From Mobula hypostoma (Eukaryota), in the NCBI RefSeq assembly GCF_963921235.1, contig NC_086108.1, positions 53,880,001-53,944,000 of the forward strand: a DNA stretch of 64,000 nucleotides, written 5' to 3'. Both the position numbers and the translations under genes were made by a program. This document shows positions 1-12,616 of this stretch, piece by piece; within the stretch, counting starts at the first letter, position 1, and every line of letters starts with the position of its first letter. The notes under the pieces were generated by a model. It worked only from the letters and a program-made list of their open reading frames with translations. It did no database searches and was not told the origin of the DNA.

Positions 1-509
1 ATTTTATCTCTGGCTATGCTGAATTAGTCAACCTCAGCATAATTGAGGTGCTGTTAATTGTTTGGATATTCCCTGTGCTACATTTGGGGAAATTTACTTG
101 AAATTTGTCAGTGGCTCAGTAATATGAGCCAGTGGTTGGTTTCCTCTGAAAGCCAATCGTAGTCAGTGGCTATTTTTTTCACAAGATAAATTATTCGGGT
201 TATTGAGACCTGGACTAATCACTGCCCACATCCTTCATGGAAAAGCAGATGGAATGGTTTTGATTTATTCTCAATGAATACTTTCATGGAAGACTCAAGT
301 AGCAATGATCTGCTTTCTTTAATGTTGTTTCTAGGCATCATTAAAAGGATTTGACTAAATCATCTAAGTCACCTTTCATTGTTCCTTTTGACGTGACTGC
401 ATGTCCTCCATTCCAAATTCCCAAGGGCAGACCTTTTCATCATCAAGTCCCACAGCAGTCAAACATTTGATGTGGCAAAGCCTTCAGGACTGAGTGACAG
501 CCAGTAACT

Positions 510-1330
510 TGTCAGAAACCCTTCAGGACTGTGTGGCTAACCATTGAGTGCTGGGCTCCGAGGTTTCTGCAGCACCTGTATTTGTTAATTATTGTCTTAA
601 CTAGAATTGTTAAACCCTTGTGCTTTCTGTTTAATCTCGTCAAGTTTATTTTGACAGGTTTTCCGAGTTCTGTGGATTACTTAAGGGTGGTGGAGTGGAA
701 ATCCTTCTTTACCAAAGGAGGTGTAAGGTGCTCTTTCCCTCCACTAGCCTGCAGGTCACCCTTGGGCAAGGTGTAACACCTTCTTAGCCCTCTGATCAAG
801 GTCATATGGAGCCATAGGAGTAGGCGATGTATGGTTGTATGAGCAGCTGGTGAATATCACAAGTCCTGGTTATGTGACCACTGATGCCAGGTAGACAAGC
901 TCTGAAGGGTATTCATGGCTGGGGTCACCCTTCTTGTAAATACACTGCCCAGAAGGCAGCAATGGCAAACCAATTCAGTAGAAAAATTTGCCAAAAACAA
1001 TAATGCTCATAAGACCATGGTCACTCACATCATATGACATGCCACATAATGATGATAATGATGTGATTATTTAAAGTGTACTCCCGATTAGCGCTTATAG
1101 CGGGATCCTTGTTTTGAGAATGATTTGTCTCACGGTGTCGCTCGGTGGAGCCACCAATGTTCTTTTGGAATTCCTATGTATAAATTTTTGTTTCCATCTT
1201 TACATGGGAGTTATGTTGTTCCTCTGCACCTGAGTTCAGTTGTTGCTAACGCTTAATGTGACACAAGGACCTCACAATCAATGGACCCAGTGGAGGTGCA
1301 TCAACAGCTTGTGCATCGGTCACTAGAGGC
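510..1330 (+). mobile_element. Degenerate Gypsy-like LTR (510-1263) followed by a possible gag start
   Basis: TGTCA at 510 and TGACA ending at 1263 form inverted termini, followed shortly by ATGGACCCAGTGGAG (MDPVE, a typical fish Gypsy gag start). Interrupted by a SINE. Confidence 0.4.
686..1063 (+). mobile_element. RTE-related SINE or non-autonomous element
   Basis: 3' part gaaggcagcaatggcaaaccaattcagtagaaaaatttgcc resembles the BovB/RTE 3' motif; (ATG)n-like tail; imperfect flanking repeat gattacttaag/gattatttaaag. Confidence 0.5.
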
Positions 1331-1489
1331 AAGGGTGCCTCCTAAATTCAGTTCTGTCCCAAGTCTACGGTCCGAGTGTACATTCCTAGCGTATCCAGTC
1401 TATATCCAAGGTTCTCTAGATCCACAAGGTTTGCTAGGTCTCCCATAGTATTCAGTGTTCTTGAGTTATATTCAATGTCTCAAGAGCAT

Positions 1490-2204
1490 AAGGTCTGTTT
1501 CAAGTTGAATGAAATAGATGCCATGGATTTCAAGGAAGAGCAGCAAATTGGAAACAAAACTGGCTAAGAGGTCAGAGCAAAGGGGTACATTTCTGTGTTG
1601 TAAATTTTCTGTAATTCTGCAAAGAAACTGAAAATCAGAAAAAACTTTTTTTCTGATCCCTACCACACCCACCCAACCAGAGGAAAGAATTTTAAACTGA
1701 AGAGGTTATCCATTAGTTTTTCTTGAAGTTGATTAAACTGAGACAAAGAATTAAAACCGCCCCTATCTCAACAGCATCAGGTCTGTCTTGAACTTACCAG
1801 ACCTACCTTGACAGCATTAGGTCTGTCTTGAGAGCATTAAGTCTCCCTGAGCCATCAGATACTGGCCTTAGGGAGGGAGGTACTGTCATGAGCCCTTCGG
1901 GCCAATGCAGCTAACTGTAGAGCGATGGGCTGGAGGCATTCATAAATATGAAATCAATGATGTCCATTAACTCAAGCTTGTTTGATTTTAACCCACAATT
2001 CCATAAACTAACAATATATCAAATACATTTGCCAGTTTTTATTCTTTTGTTATTTCCAGTTTCTTTGTAGAATTACAGAAAAATTACAACACAGAAATTT
2101 ACCCCTTTGCTTCTGGCCACTACGACAGTTTTGTTTCAAATTTGCCGTTCTTCCTTGAAATACAGGGCATCTATTTCATTGACCAGCCTTGAACATGGGA
2201 CCTT
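1490..2204. mobile_element. Unclassified MITE-like element with ~155 bp imperfect terminal inverted repeats
   Basis: 1490-1640 is the imperfect reverse complement of 2047-2204 (e.g. gcaaaggggtacatttctgtgttgtaaattttctgtaattc vs gaattacagaaaaattacaacacagaaatttacccctttgc); short internal direct repeats acagcat.aggtctgtcttga. Confidence 0.65.
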
Positions 2205-4029
2205 GTCAACAACTTGCTAAAATTTATGAATCCATCAAATGGACTGTCTTCATCAACCCTCTTTGGCATCTTCTCAAAAAAAATCATACAGTATTATCAA
2301 GTGAAGTCAACTAAAAGGAGATAACAGATGCAAAAGTATGTGTAGTATGCACTTGCTTGGCACTACACTAGTAAACTTATGTGTGCCATTCTTCTGAGGA
2401 TTTTAAGCCTAACCAGTCTTTCAGCTGTGAAAACATGGCTTGATCATCAGAGAACCACCTAATTTCTTTTATCCACCACCATAATCTAGCCTGTCATCAT
2501 TACCATGATGCATATTAAAAACAAACATTACTTTCAACCAATTACATTTCAGGGGTTTTCAATTAACCTTTGCATCACAACCCTTCACAGAAATGAATAG
2601 TATGGTACAAAAGAGCTTGAATAGCTGTCATTCATAATTTTGGTCAGCTAACTCATGCTGGAGCTCCCTTGATTATTATCTGACAATGACTGACATGTAT
2701 AGTTGCTAAGTGTTGGCAGCTCTTGCTACAACTGATGATACAGCCCAATGTTCTTAATAGTAGGGAGGAGCAAAGCAAATTGTTTTAAGGGTTACCATGA
2801 CATATTAACGGATAAGAGATATTGTTAATCTAAATCACTCTCCTTTTGCTCATTATAAATGTTTTGGAAATAAAATGTTGATATTGTTGCAAAGAGAAAG
2901 CAGGTAAAAACAGTAATGTGGCAGCAGCTGTAATTGAAAAGTGTGTTTGTTTCCCTTCAGTTTTAATAGTTATCTCATTAGTTAATAATTTGTGAAAGAC
3001 TTTTTCTAAGCAAACACCTTTGACTACAAGTCCATCAGGCAATAGTCAGTAATAGAATATATTGCAGACGCTGATGATAGGGACTCGATGGATACTACAG
3101 TGTGGTTCCCTGAACAAACAGCCCAAAAAATTTGGTAGAACACTTCACTGCCAGAACTCACTCTGTGATGGTATTTGGTTTGCTGACTCCAAAGTTCTGA
3201 ATTCAAACGAAGACCTTAAGCCCTATCAGATATAAATATCCATGAGTACTAAAGGAAGATTATACTGCAACTACCGAATCTTCAAAGACTAGTTTACTTC
3301 TCTGTTTATTCTCCATAACGAATTTAGCTGCCGTTACCCACTATTCAAGTGGTGGGTCCCCTCTCCCTACCAAGGAGAAGATACTTTCAGTTTCTGCCAC
3401 GTTTTTTCTTGATGTTCCTTATCCCATTCCTAACAAGCCTGGGATGTTCTTTATACTTAAACGCCTTTCCTACCACTTAGGTGACTTCACATGCCCATGA
3501 TATTTCTTCAGATATCCTTTTAACATAAGCGGTATAAAAGCATCTTGGGAGACGCAGATATCAACTAAGGCTATAAATGCTGTGAAGCTAACTTTCTTGA
3601 CTACATAAAACCTAACTACTGTATAAACACATCAGTTATTGATATGCTAAAAATTTTATTCATCTTCCTTGAACTAAACAATTCAAGAGTCAGCTAGTTT
3701 GTTCGAAACGACCCAAGTTAGGCAACTCTTGAGCAGTAAGACAGGTGCTAGTTGTGAGCTAGCATCTGGTTTTCACAGATAGAGCATCTATGCAATAAAT
3801 AATGCTGTTCTATAGTCAGTACCTTATTATAACTTCAAACTGATTACTGTTTTCCCTTTACATTTTAAGAATTGAAGACTGACTCCCATTTGTGACCAGA
3901 AACTAAACAAATTGTTAGTTGGAAGTTTATTTATATCTGTTTTTGATCTTACAAGCGCTAGATGCTGTGTTTAGAAAGAAAGATGAGCAAACGCGAGACC
4001 ATTGTTCTAGGATAGTAAATATCCATCAC

Positions 4030-4663
4030 AACTCACAAGCACCAAGACCTTGATTGGCTGGTGGTCATAAGGCCCTCACAGTCAGATCCTTCCTGTACAG
4101 ATGAAATATCATCCTTAATGCATGCTGCCTTCGGGACAGCTGCATTGGGGAAGAGACAGTCAACCACCTCTTTGCAGATTATGGATTCACTAAAAGGGCA
4201 TGGATAAGAAAGCAAGGATCCTTTTGTCTTGGTTCAACCTCAGAAGCTGCATAACTGAGCACTCTCTGCTCTACAAGCTGTTTTCAGGGGCAAGTCCAAG
4301 GCAGACATTAAATGCTGTTGGAAATTTATCAACAATGAAAGGTGCTTTTTGGTCTGCCCAAAACTTGTTAGTCGTCTTGCACAGTGAGATGTCCATAAGG
4401 GAATGCTGCCATTGGCATATTCTAGCTACAGTGTATGCTGAGGGATGCACTGAAGTGTGGTGTAGCCAATACTAAGGCTCTGTGGGGAAGGACCACAGTT
4501 TGGGCTCCATCCTTTACAGTGCATGGAGAGACTGAGTGAAGTGGGGATGCTCCTCAGATATGATATAGTGTATAACCTTAGGGAGCCACATAAGTGGCAA
4601 TGGTGCTGTAGTTTTTAAAAATAGGTTAACACTACTGAATGTAAAAGTTTTGAACTGTTTCTT

Positions 4664-4730
<67 letters not shown>

Positions 4731-4770
4731 TCTTTATTATGAAAAGTTTATTTTTGAAATATAAAAAATA
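4030..4770 (+). mobile_element. L1/Tx1-like LINE 3' fragment
   Basis: Degenerate zf-RVT-like translation HQDL.WLVV...VRSFLY...C.GEETVNHLFA..GF..RAW followed by an A-rich 3' end. Confidence 0.65.
4668..4730. repeat. Compound microsatellite (TG)n(TA)n
   Basis: Directly visible. Confidence 0.98.
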
Positions 4771-5559
4771 GACACTTGAAAGAACCATTATAAAGGATAC
4801 CAGCATCTAATTAGCAGAGGTGACCTAGAGTGTGGGAGATGGGGTATATTGAGGAGCAATGGAAAGCTGGCATAAGATATACCAATGAGAGATACCTGTA
4901 CCCAGAATGGCCTGGTGCAATATGCAAAAAAAGTTTGTGTTGTAATTTCTTTAACATGATATCAGTAACGAGCCGAAAACTGTCCTGTCTATTGGATTAA
5001 TGCATAGTACTTAGACGTAAAATTGTAAGAAGCACTGGCGCTATCTGGTGTGCACTCATTAAAGCCTCCCAGCACTACATACAGTACTTTGAGACTGGAA
5101 TAAATGATGCAGGTCACTGAAGAAAACTTTAAAATTTGCTTGTAAAAACGGCAAAACATTGGTGATAGTGCTCCCCCCTCCCAAAGTTATTGGCACAGCT
5201 CTGGGGCCTTGGTGGGTGGGGAGGAGAGAGGCCCTAAGACACCAGAGTAATGAAAATCCACCAATTACTGTTCATGGTGAATGGTAGTGGGAGAAGGCAG
5301 CAACTGAGCCAAATAGTAGGAACTAAACACTTAAAAATATGGATGTAGTGTTGCAGTGAGTTTAAAGGCTAATGGATAGGAAAGATTTAGAAGGATACAG
5401 GTCAAATGCAAGCATATTGGATTTGCTTGGTGGACGCCATGGTTGGCAAAAATGAGATGGGCCATAGGGCCTGTTTCCATGCTGTGTTACTCTAACTATG
5501 ACATCATGATCATAGTCAACGACACCCAGTGCATCAGCTTCCATCAGTTGTATCACTTT

Positions 5560-6860
5560 ATCATTTACTCTGCTTGATGCAGTACACTCTGCTACAAGAG
5601 GAACATCTGGACAGCACAGATGCATACATCAGGATGCTCTTTATCAACTTCAGCTTAGCATTCAATAATATCATCCCCTTAAAACTAATCAATTATCTCC
5701 TAGACCTTGCCCTCAATATCTCCTTGCACAAATGGATCCTTGATTTTCTTACGTGCAGATCAAAATCAGTTTGGATTGACGATATCTCCTCCATGATCTC
5801 ATCAGCACAGTGTACTACAAGGCTGTGTGCTTAGCCACCTGTTCTTCTCACTTTACACGTATGACTGTGTGGCTAAGCACAGCTCCAACACCATATACAA
5901 GTTTACTGATGATACCACTGTTGTAGGCTGAATCAAAGATGATGATGGATCAGCATTTAGGAGGGAAATTGAAAATCTGGCTGTGTGGTGTCACAACACC
6001 AATCTTCTTCTCAATGTCATCAAGACCAAGGGCTAATAATTGACTTCAAGAGGAAGATACTGGAGGTCCCTGAGCCAGCCCTCATCGAAGGATCAGAGTC
6101 AGAGAGGGTCAGCAACTTTTAATTCCTCCGAATTATTATTTCAGAGGATCTGGCCTGAGCCCAGCAGTTAAGTACAATTACGAAGAAAACATGGCACTTC
6201 TTCCTTAGGAGATTGTGAAGATTTGGCATGACATCTAAAACTTCAACAAACTTCTCTCTATGTGTTGTAAAGAGTATATTAACTGGCTGCATCTTAGCCC
6301 TAGTATGGAAACACTAATGGCCTTCAACAGAAAGTCCTACAAAAAGTAGTGGATATGGCCCAGTCCATCATAGGTAAAACTCTCCCTGTAATTCAGCACT
6401 TCTACATGAAACACTGTCACAGGAGAGCGGCAGCCATCATCGGGCTCCCACCAACCAGCACATGGTCTCTTTACACTGCTACCATCAGGAAGAAGGTACA
6501 GGAAGCTCAGAATTTACACTACCAGGTTCAGGAACAGTTACTACCTCTCAACCATCAGGCTCTTGAACCAAAGGGGATTGCCCCATCATTGAAATATTCC
6601 CACAACCAATGAATTCACTTTCAAGGGCCCTTCATCTCATGTTCTTGATATTTATTGCTTGCTTCTTTCTTTCTTTCTTTCTATATTTGCACAGTTTATT
6701 GTCTTTAGCACACTAGTTGAATGTCAAGTTAGTGTGGTCTTTCATTGATTCTGTTAGTTATTAGTCTATAGATTTATTGAGTACGCCCACAATAAAATGA
6801 GTCTCAGGTTTGTATATGGTGGCATATATATACTTCCATAATAAATTTACTTTGAACTGC
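5560..6860 (+). mobile_element. Rex1/Babar-like LINE, 5'-truncated and decayed
   Basis: [25 protein letters not shown]...WILDFLT RT motif, KFTDDTTVVG, C-terminal LPSGRRYR...RF.NS.YPSTIRLLN; tail ataaatttactttgaact. Confidence 0.85.
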
Positions 6861-9059
6861 AAATGGCACATCTAATGATTCAGCCCAGTGGGTGTATCAA
6901 CAGGCCTCAGGTTATCTGGCATGGGGCACAACATTCAAATGCTTCACCATCCTCATAGTTTCTACTCACTGCCAGCAATTCAACCAAGCATGTTGTAAAA
7001 CATTCATTTTCTGTCTCTCTTAAAGGAAGAAGGTGCCATATAATCAGCATAAGCAATAACAAACTGGAAATCGTACAGGCACAGCTTCAAAGGTTCATTC
7101 TTTGATCTGTTTATGATTCTGTGTCTTAGCTGTGCTATTTAATGTTTGTAACCTGCAAAAAATCGATCACACCTTTAAGTAGCATGAGATCAAAGGGAGG
7201 GTTTCTTATTGCTGCGAATGACTTAATTCTTCATGGATATTGTAGACGTGGCATCAATTATGTCACCAAGGTAGAAATTACTTCAAATCAATATGACCCA
7301 AAGACCAATATCACAGTAAGCTTCTAGTGGACAATAGTGTAATTTGCACAGATGTCCTTAAACACAAGATTTGGATCCAAGAACTAACTTATAAAATTCC
7401 AGCTTAATCATCATACATAGCATCCAGACATCTGGTATTACAGACCCTGATTTTGCTGTTTTTGTGTTTTAAAGAGAAATATTGGCAAGGAAGGCAAATT
7501 ATTAGTCCTTTGTACTGCTTGGAGGAAAGATTTGAGAATCTCACAGACTGCAGGAGACCACTTTACTGGTTTGAAAGTACTGATTGGATAATGCATACAG
7601 TGTGTTCATCTGCAGCTGAATCTTTGGAGTTGGCTTCCTTCCTGCTCTCAAATCTGATCCCATCATTGCAGAACAATTTTTTTTTAAATTCAATACTATT
7701 TCATGAAATAATTATGGGAAGGCCTTAGGTTTCATTTCATACAATGTGTATTGGCTCACTGCACTTCAGCCATGAGTGTCTAATACTCTGAACAGGTAAT
7801 TCCTGTACTCAGTGGTTTTGTATTCACAGCCAGAAGTTAAATTCACTGTTTCAGCCAAGTAATACATTTTACTGAAATACCAGCTGGGACTCAGTATTGT
7901 TCCTTTGAAGGGAAAGAAAATTTGGAGACCTACAGAATTTGTCATTATAGCAAGTTCTTTACTGCTGTAAGTAAGCCTGAAGCAATGAAACTGCAAGGCA
8001 TACTGTGACTTCTGTATGTATTTCCTTACGGCTTTCCATCTGTGCACTGAATAATCTTCAGAGAATACCACTGATGTTCCCTATAGTCAAATTAGAAGTG
8101 GAGAAGATCACTTCCCTGTGTCAAGGAACTATACCATAGCCAACTTTCCCCCAGAAATGCGGCAGCATAAAAAGGAAAAGAACATTTCAACTTCTGTGCT
8201 TTTGCAGTCACGATTAGCTGAAACAGTAGCCCAAGGAATTTATATTTGAAACTTATTTATCGCAGTTCTGAAATTAAGACTTGTTCAGCCATCTCATATT
8301 CTACTTGCTCTTTCCCTACCTCTGAAATCAAGCCAGCTCTTTATACCCTTGGGCTTTTCTTTTTCCTAAATCTGCAGGGTTTCAAAAGTCAATTTCAATG
8401 TAACTTAACCACCACTATTTATCTAATTTTCAACACACCCTTTTCCAATTTAGTGGTGTTCTCTACCATGAAAACAAGGAATAGTGCTTGCATGAATCAA
8501 CAAAAAAGCATTAGATGTATAAAAAAAAGGTCAAAATTCAATACTTTTGAGGTTCTCTATATTAGTATAGAGGAGATCGTCATATAGGGTTTTTTTTACA
8601 AAGGGAAGTGAGAGAGGCGTTCTGCCTCCTTTCAAGAGCTGACATTTATGTTGTGCTTGCATATCCTAACAGCAAGCCACTTTAATGCTGTACTAGGTTT
8701 AGCCTTGTTAAGTGAGATCTTTTTATATTTAGGATAACGGATTGACGGCACTCCGCCAATCGTGTTCAGAATTCTAACTTGTAGTTGTTTGCTTAATCAG
8801 CAGTAGGTTTAGACTTGGCACTCTGCAGAAGACAAATTTCTTATTGTATTTGGTAAATTGCAAAATAGGTTAGGCATGGAGAATGCATGGCTTTGCAGTT
8901 TATTAAATGCCATCTTTGTATTGTACAATTTTAGAATAGCTATTAATGCTAATTGTAATATAGATGCGAGGAATAAATCTATATTTTTAATAGAGATATG
9001 GTCATTAATAGTGATGTGGTCATTAGTTTTATAGAAGGAAACTTTATATACAGTTGCAG

Positions 9060-9350
9060 ATGGCATGGTAGCGAGCAGTTAGTGCACCACTTCACAGTGC
9101 CAGTTATAACATCAGAGTTGAATTCCGGCCAGCGCCTGTAAAGAGTTTGTATGTTCTCCCCATGACCACGTGAGTTTGCTCCCACATTCCAAAGACATAT
9201 GGTTGGGATTAGTGAGTTATGGGCACTGTAGGTGTGGTGACACTTGCAGGCTACCCAGCACAATCTTCACTTTTGATTTGATTTGACATAATGCATTTCA
9301 CTGTACGTTTCAATGTACAGTACATGTGGCAAATAAAGCCAATCTTTCTT
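9060..9350 (+). mobile_element. tRNA-derived V-SINE
   Basis: tRNA-like head ggcatggtagcg...gttgaattcc followed by the V-domain gtttgtatgttctcccc...ctcccacattccaaagac. Confidence 0.75.
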
Positions 9351-10177
9351 TAAATATCAATAAAACAACTAAAACCTTTTAAAAATGTATTAAAAAGTAT
9401 TATGTATAATTCAATTAAGCTAGCAAGGAGTAACTAAATTAACTGAAATCCTTGACTTGAATCTTTGAAAGATTTCAGGTATTTTTAATGATTATAGATA
9501 ATCTACTCTCTTTACTGAAATGAATAAGTAGTTCACACAACAAAGGACTCCGTTCTTGGAGATTCTCTTTACAGTGCAGTTTGATAATACTGAACACTGG
9601 ATTCTTATATCTGAGCTAAACATTTCAGTGGAGAATATTAATCAAAATATTCTGTTTTGAAGGCACCCATTGTGTTTGGACTTGCTGCCTACTATCACTA
9701 TTAATTTTAAGTGTATTCTACTCTAGATCCACCATTGTGAAAATGCTTCTGCATTTTGGTTTGCCCCTTAATTGCAATACATTCCCATGATAGAATTACC
9801 ATGGTATGGGCTGGTGAGAGTATGGATGGGGATGAGCAGAACAAGTCATCTCTTTAAATTGACCAAAAAAAAACAACTTTTCAATCTGTCAAAATCTATG
9901 AATAGTTGTTTCTGAAATTCAAAAACATTTGAAATAAACACACCAATAAATATTAAAAACATGTCAAGAATACTGAAATATAAAATAGGTGTACAGTAAA
10001 TTACCAAACAATTCTCTCGGCTCCTCATAGTCATTCACCCTCTTTGGAAATAATAAATTTGTCATTTCTGTGTCAGGTTTAAATGGCACAGCTTCACCAG
10101 GGGAATTCCTTGGTGTAATTGCTCAAAGATCATCACAGGTACCTGCTGCACCATTGGACTACATGAGGAGACCAATA

Positions 10178-10600
10178 TAAACACAAGCATTTCTGGAGAT
10201 GCTGGGAATCCAAAGCAACACACAATGCTGAAGGAACTCAGCAGGTCAGGCAGCATTTATGGAAATGAATAAACAGTTGATATTTCAGTCTAAGACCCTT
10301 CATCAGGACTGGAAGGTAAAGGGAGGGGGGAGATGCCAGAATAAGAAAATGGGAGAGGGAAAGGAGGACAAACCAGAGGGTGGTAGGTGAAGTTTGGTTG
10401 GTCTGGGTGGGGGGGGGGGGTAATGAAGTAAGAAGCTGGGAAGGTGGAAAAGGCAAAGGCCTGGAGAAGAAGGAACCTGATAGGAGAGGAGAGGAGAGTG
10501 GGCTATTGGAGAAGGGGATGGAGGCAGGGCAGCAGGACGGGGTCAGAGGCAGGAGTCTAATGCTGGAGTGCAGAAGAGAAATGACCGGTGAGTAACAACC
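10178..10600 (-). mobile_element. Old Penelope-like 3' end fragment with a degenerate hammerhead motif
   Basis: Homologous to the terminus of the young Penelope copies (gatgctgg.aat.caa.gcaacacaca...cagcaggtcaggcagcat). Minus strand 10274-10311 reads cagtcCTGATGAagggtcttagactGAAATATCaactg. Confidence 0.75.
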
Positions 10601-11091
10601 AGCATGTTTGGGAATACTCAATAAGTTCTGAGTCATAATTTTTCTTTATCAGACAATATTGGTTCTGCCCCCTAAACTGGAGTAGATTTAACACCTTTTG
10701 TGCATGGAGCAGGTATGATAGCTTTTACTATTCGTATTTTGTGTAATTGTTCTGTGCTGATTCTTTGAATAGTGAGTATTATGTTTTGTAACTTTAAAAA
10801 ATTAAACTAATTCAAAGGAAGACATGGAAGTCCAAAATGTGGGTCTAACTTTGTGTGTACTTTAAATGAGGCACACACATATCATGTGGTAGTGTAATGG
10901 CGTATGTAATACACGTATTTTACATATAATTTATAATTAATTATTTAAATGAACAAGAATGCTTAATCAAACAATCTATATACAAGATTACTCAAATATT
11001 ACTGAAATTTTATATACACAACACTCCTCCCTGCTTAGCTATAAACTCCAACTCAATAAATAATACATCTCAACGATATACACAGTATATT

Positions 11092-11801
11092 TGTAGCCGC
11101 CCCCCCCCCCACCCCCCGGCCACCCTCAGGGTCACTGGGCTCGCTGTCGTCTAGGGAAACAGCCTCGGCCCCTGCAAACTGGGTAATTCGTTTGTGTGGA
11201 TGCTGTGTGAGGTACCCCACCCCGCCCAAATAACAGACAATGCACCAGATGCAATTAAATGATTTACAGTTTATAGATATTACTGGATCTATATAATTAA
11301 AAGAGAATAAAATATAAATGGAAAATAAAAGGCGCCATACTTATCAAAGTTCAATCTCTTCATGCACAAAAACTGTTGGAGCTCAAGGACCTTCTTCTTC
11401 ACCCTGCGACCCCCTTGGACCACCTCGACCGGCCACCTGGGACCAACAACGGGTAGTCGACCAGATGCTCCACACGAGTCCGTCTCCGTCACCTCGCCGA
11501 ACGTCCCGCTCAGGGTCCGACCCCATTAGCGGACTCACAGCACCTGGTCCATCCTCTGTCTCGCTCTCCCGCCTTCTGCCCCAAAACCCCGCGCATACAG
11601 TATCTTCAAATACACCAAAACCATAACAACTATCCCAATTGGTTAATAGCACTTACTTATCACACTCTAAAGGAAAAACAAGCTGCTAGCACAAACTTTC
11701 TCAGCGTTTAACACAACAAAGCCGCATTCCCCAGATTAACATAACAAAGACGCCATTTTAATTAGCCTCCGCAGTAACATAAAAGTCGAAACCCCCTTAC
11801 A
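11092..11801. mobile_element. Solo LTR (710 bp) nested in Gypsy copy 1
   Basis: TGTA...TACA termini with 4 bp TSD TATT (11088-11091 and 11802-11805); CpG-rich. Absent at the homologous position of copy 2. Confidence 0.85.
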
Positions 11802-12054
11802 TATTATATAATACAACTACTACATACAGACATCCACAGCATAGTAAATTTTAAATGATCGCATTCAGGCCTAAAGATTTAATGGCCATAGAGGATTTCT
11901 ATCTCTTGTGGGATAAAGTCTTTCCTGTCAAGATGGTGGAGGTCACTCTGCTTGGCAGGTGAGACTTGTGGCTGTGAAACAACCTCAGGTTCTGGAGCCT
12001 CCTTTGTGGTGGTTGTAGGATACTGCAGTAAGTGGCTCTGACAGCAGTAGCTAC

Positions 12055-12616
12055 CTTTCTTCTCCCTTTTACTTCCTTTAGTTTGTGTACCTTGACCATG
12101 TGAAGGTGCATTTAGTTCACTGTATTCTCTTATTTGTCCTTCCTTTACGATCTGATCTCTCCTCTTGGTTCCCACATCCACAATATCCTCTGATGAACCC
12201 TCTGTTTTTGTATGTGCATTGACTCCTTTCTTTTTGGCCTTCTATTCATCCAGCTGGGTTTTGGTCTTTGCATCTACTTTTATAAACAGCTTTTTGTCTC
12301 CCACTTTAAGCTCGTACAATAACCTTAATGCATGCAGAGTAGATTCTGGTTCCTTATGCTCACAAAAGCTGAATGCTTGCAACTTTCCTGAAGCTCTTTG
12401 AACTCTCTTCCAGCTTAAAAATGTACCACATTTCACAAGTAACTGCATGATTAATATATCGGAAGCTTTCTCAAATATGTTGCCTACAAAAACTGTCGTA
12501 GTCATATCACTTCTTTCATCACTTTTCACACTTCCTCTGAGCAGCATGGTCCTTCCTTAGTGCAATATGCTTGCAATATGCCTTCCAACCAGAGGCACAG
12601 AGGTTGGCACCAATAC
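12055..12616 (-). pseudogene. RBM25: Processed (intron-less) RBM25 fragment covering the RRM
   Basis: VLVPTSVPLVGRHI...RKDH...TTTVFVGNIFEKASDILIMQLLVKCGTFLSWKRVQRASGKLQAFSFCEHKEPESTLHALRLLYELKVGDKKLFIKVDAKTKTQLDE*KAKKK...TKRRDQIV...IREYSELNAPSH matches the recalled RBM25 N-terminal RRM region. In-frame TGG>TAG stop at 12242-12244 and frameshifts near 12540-12580. Confidence 0.92.

Noticed and set aside
7000..9000. Short ORFs of 60-113 aa in AT-rich intronic DNA (here and elsewhere)
   Set aside because: No recognisable domains or splice context; consistent with chance ORFs.
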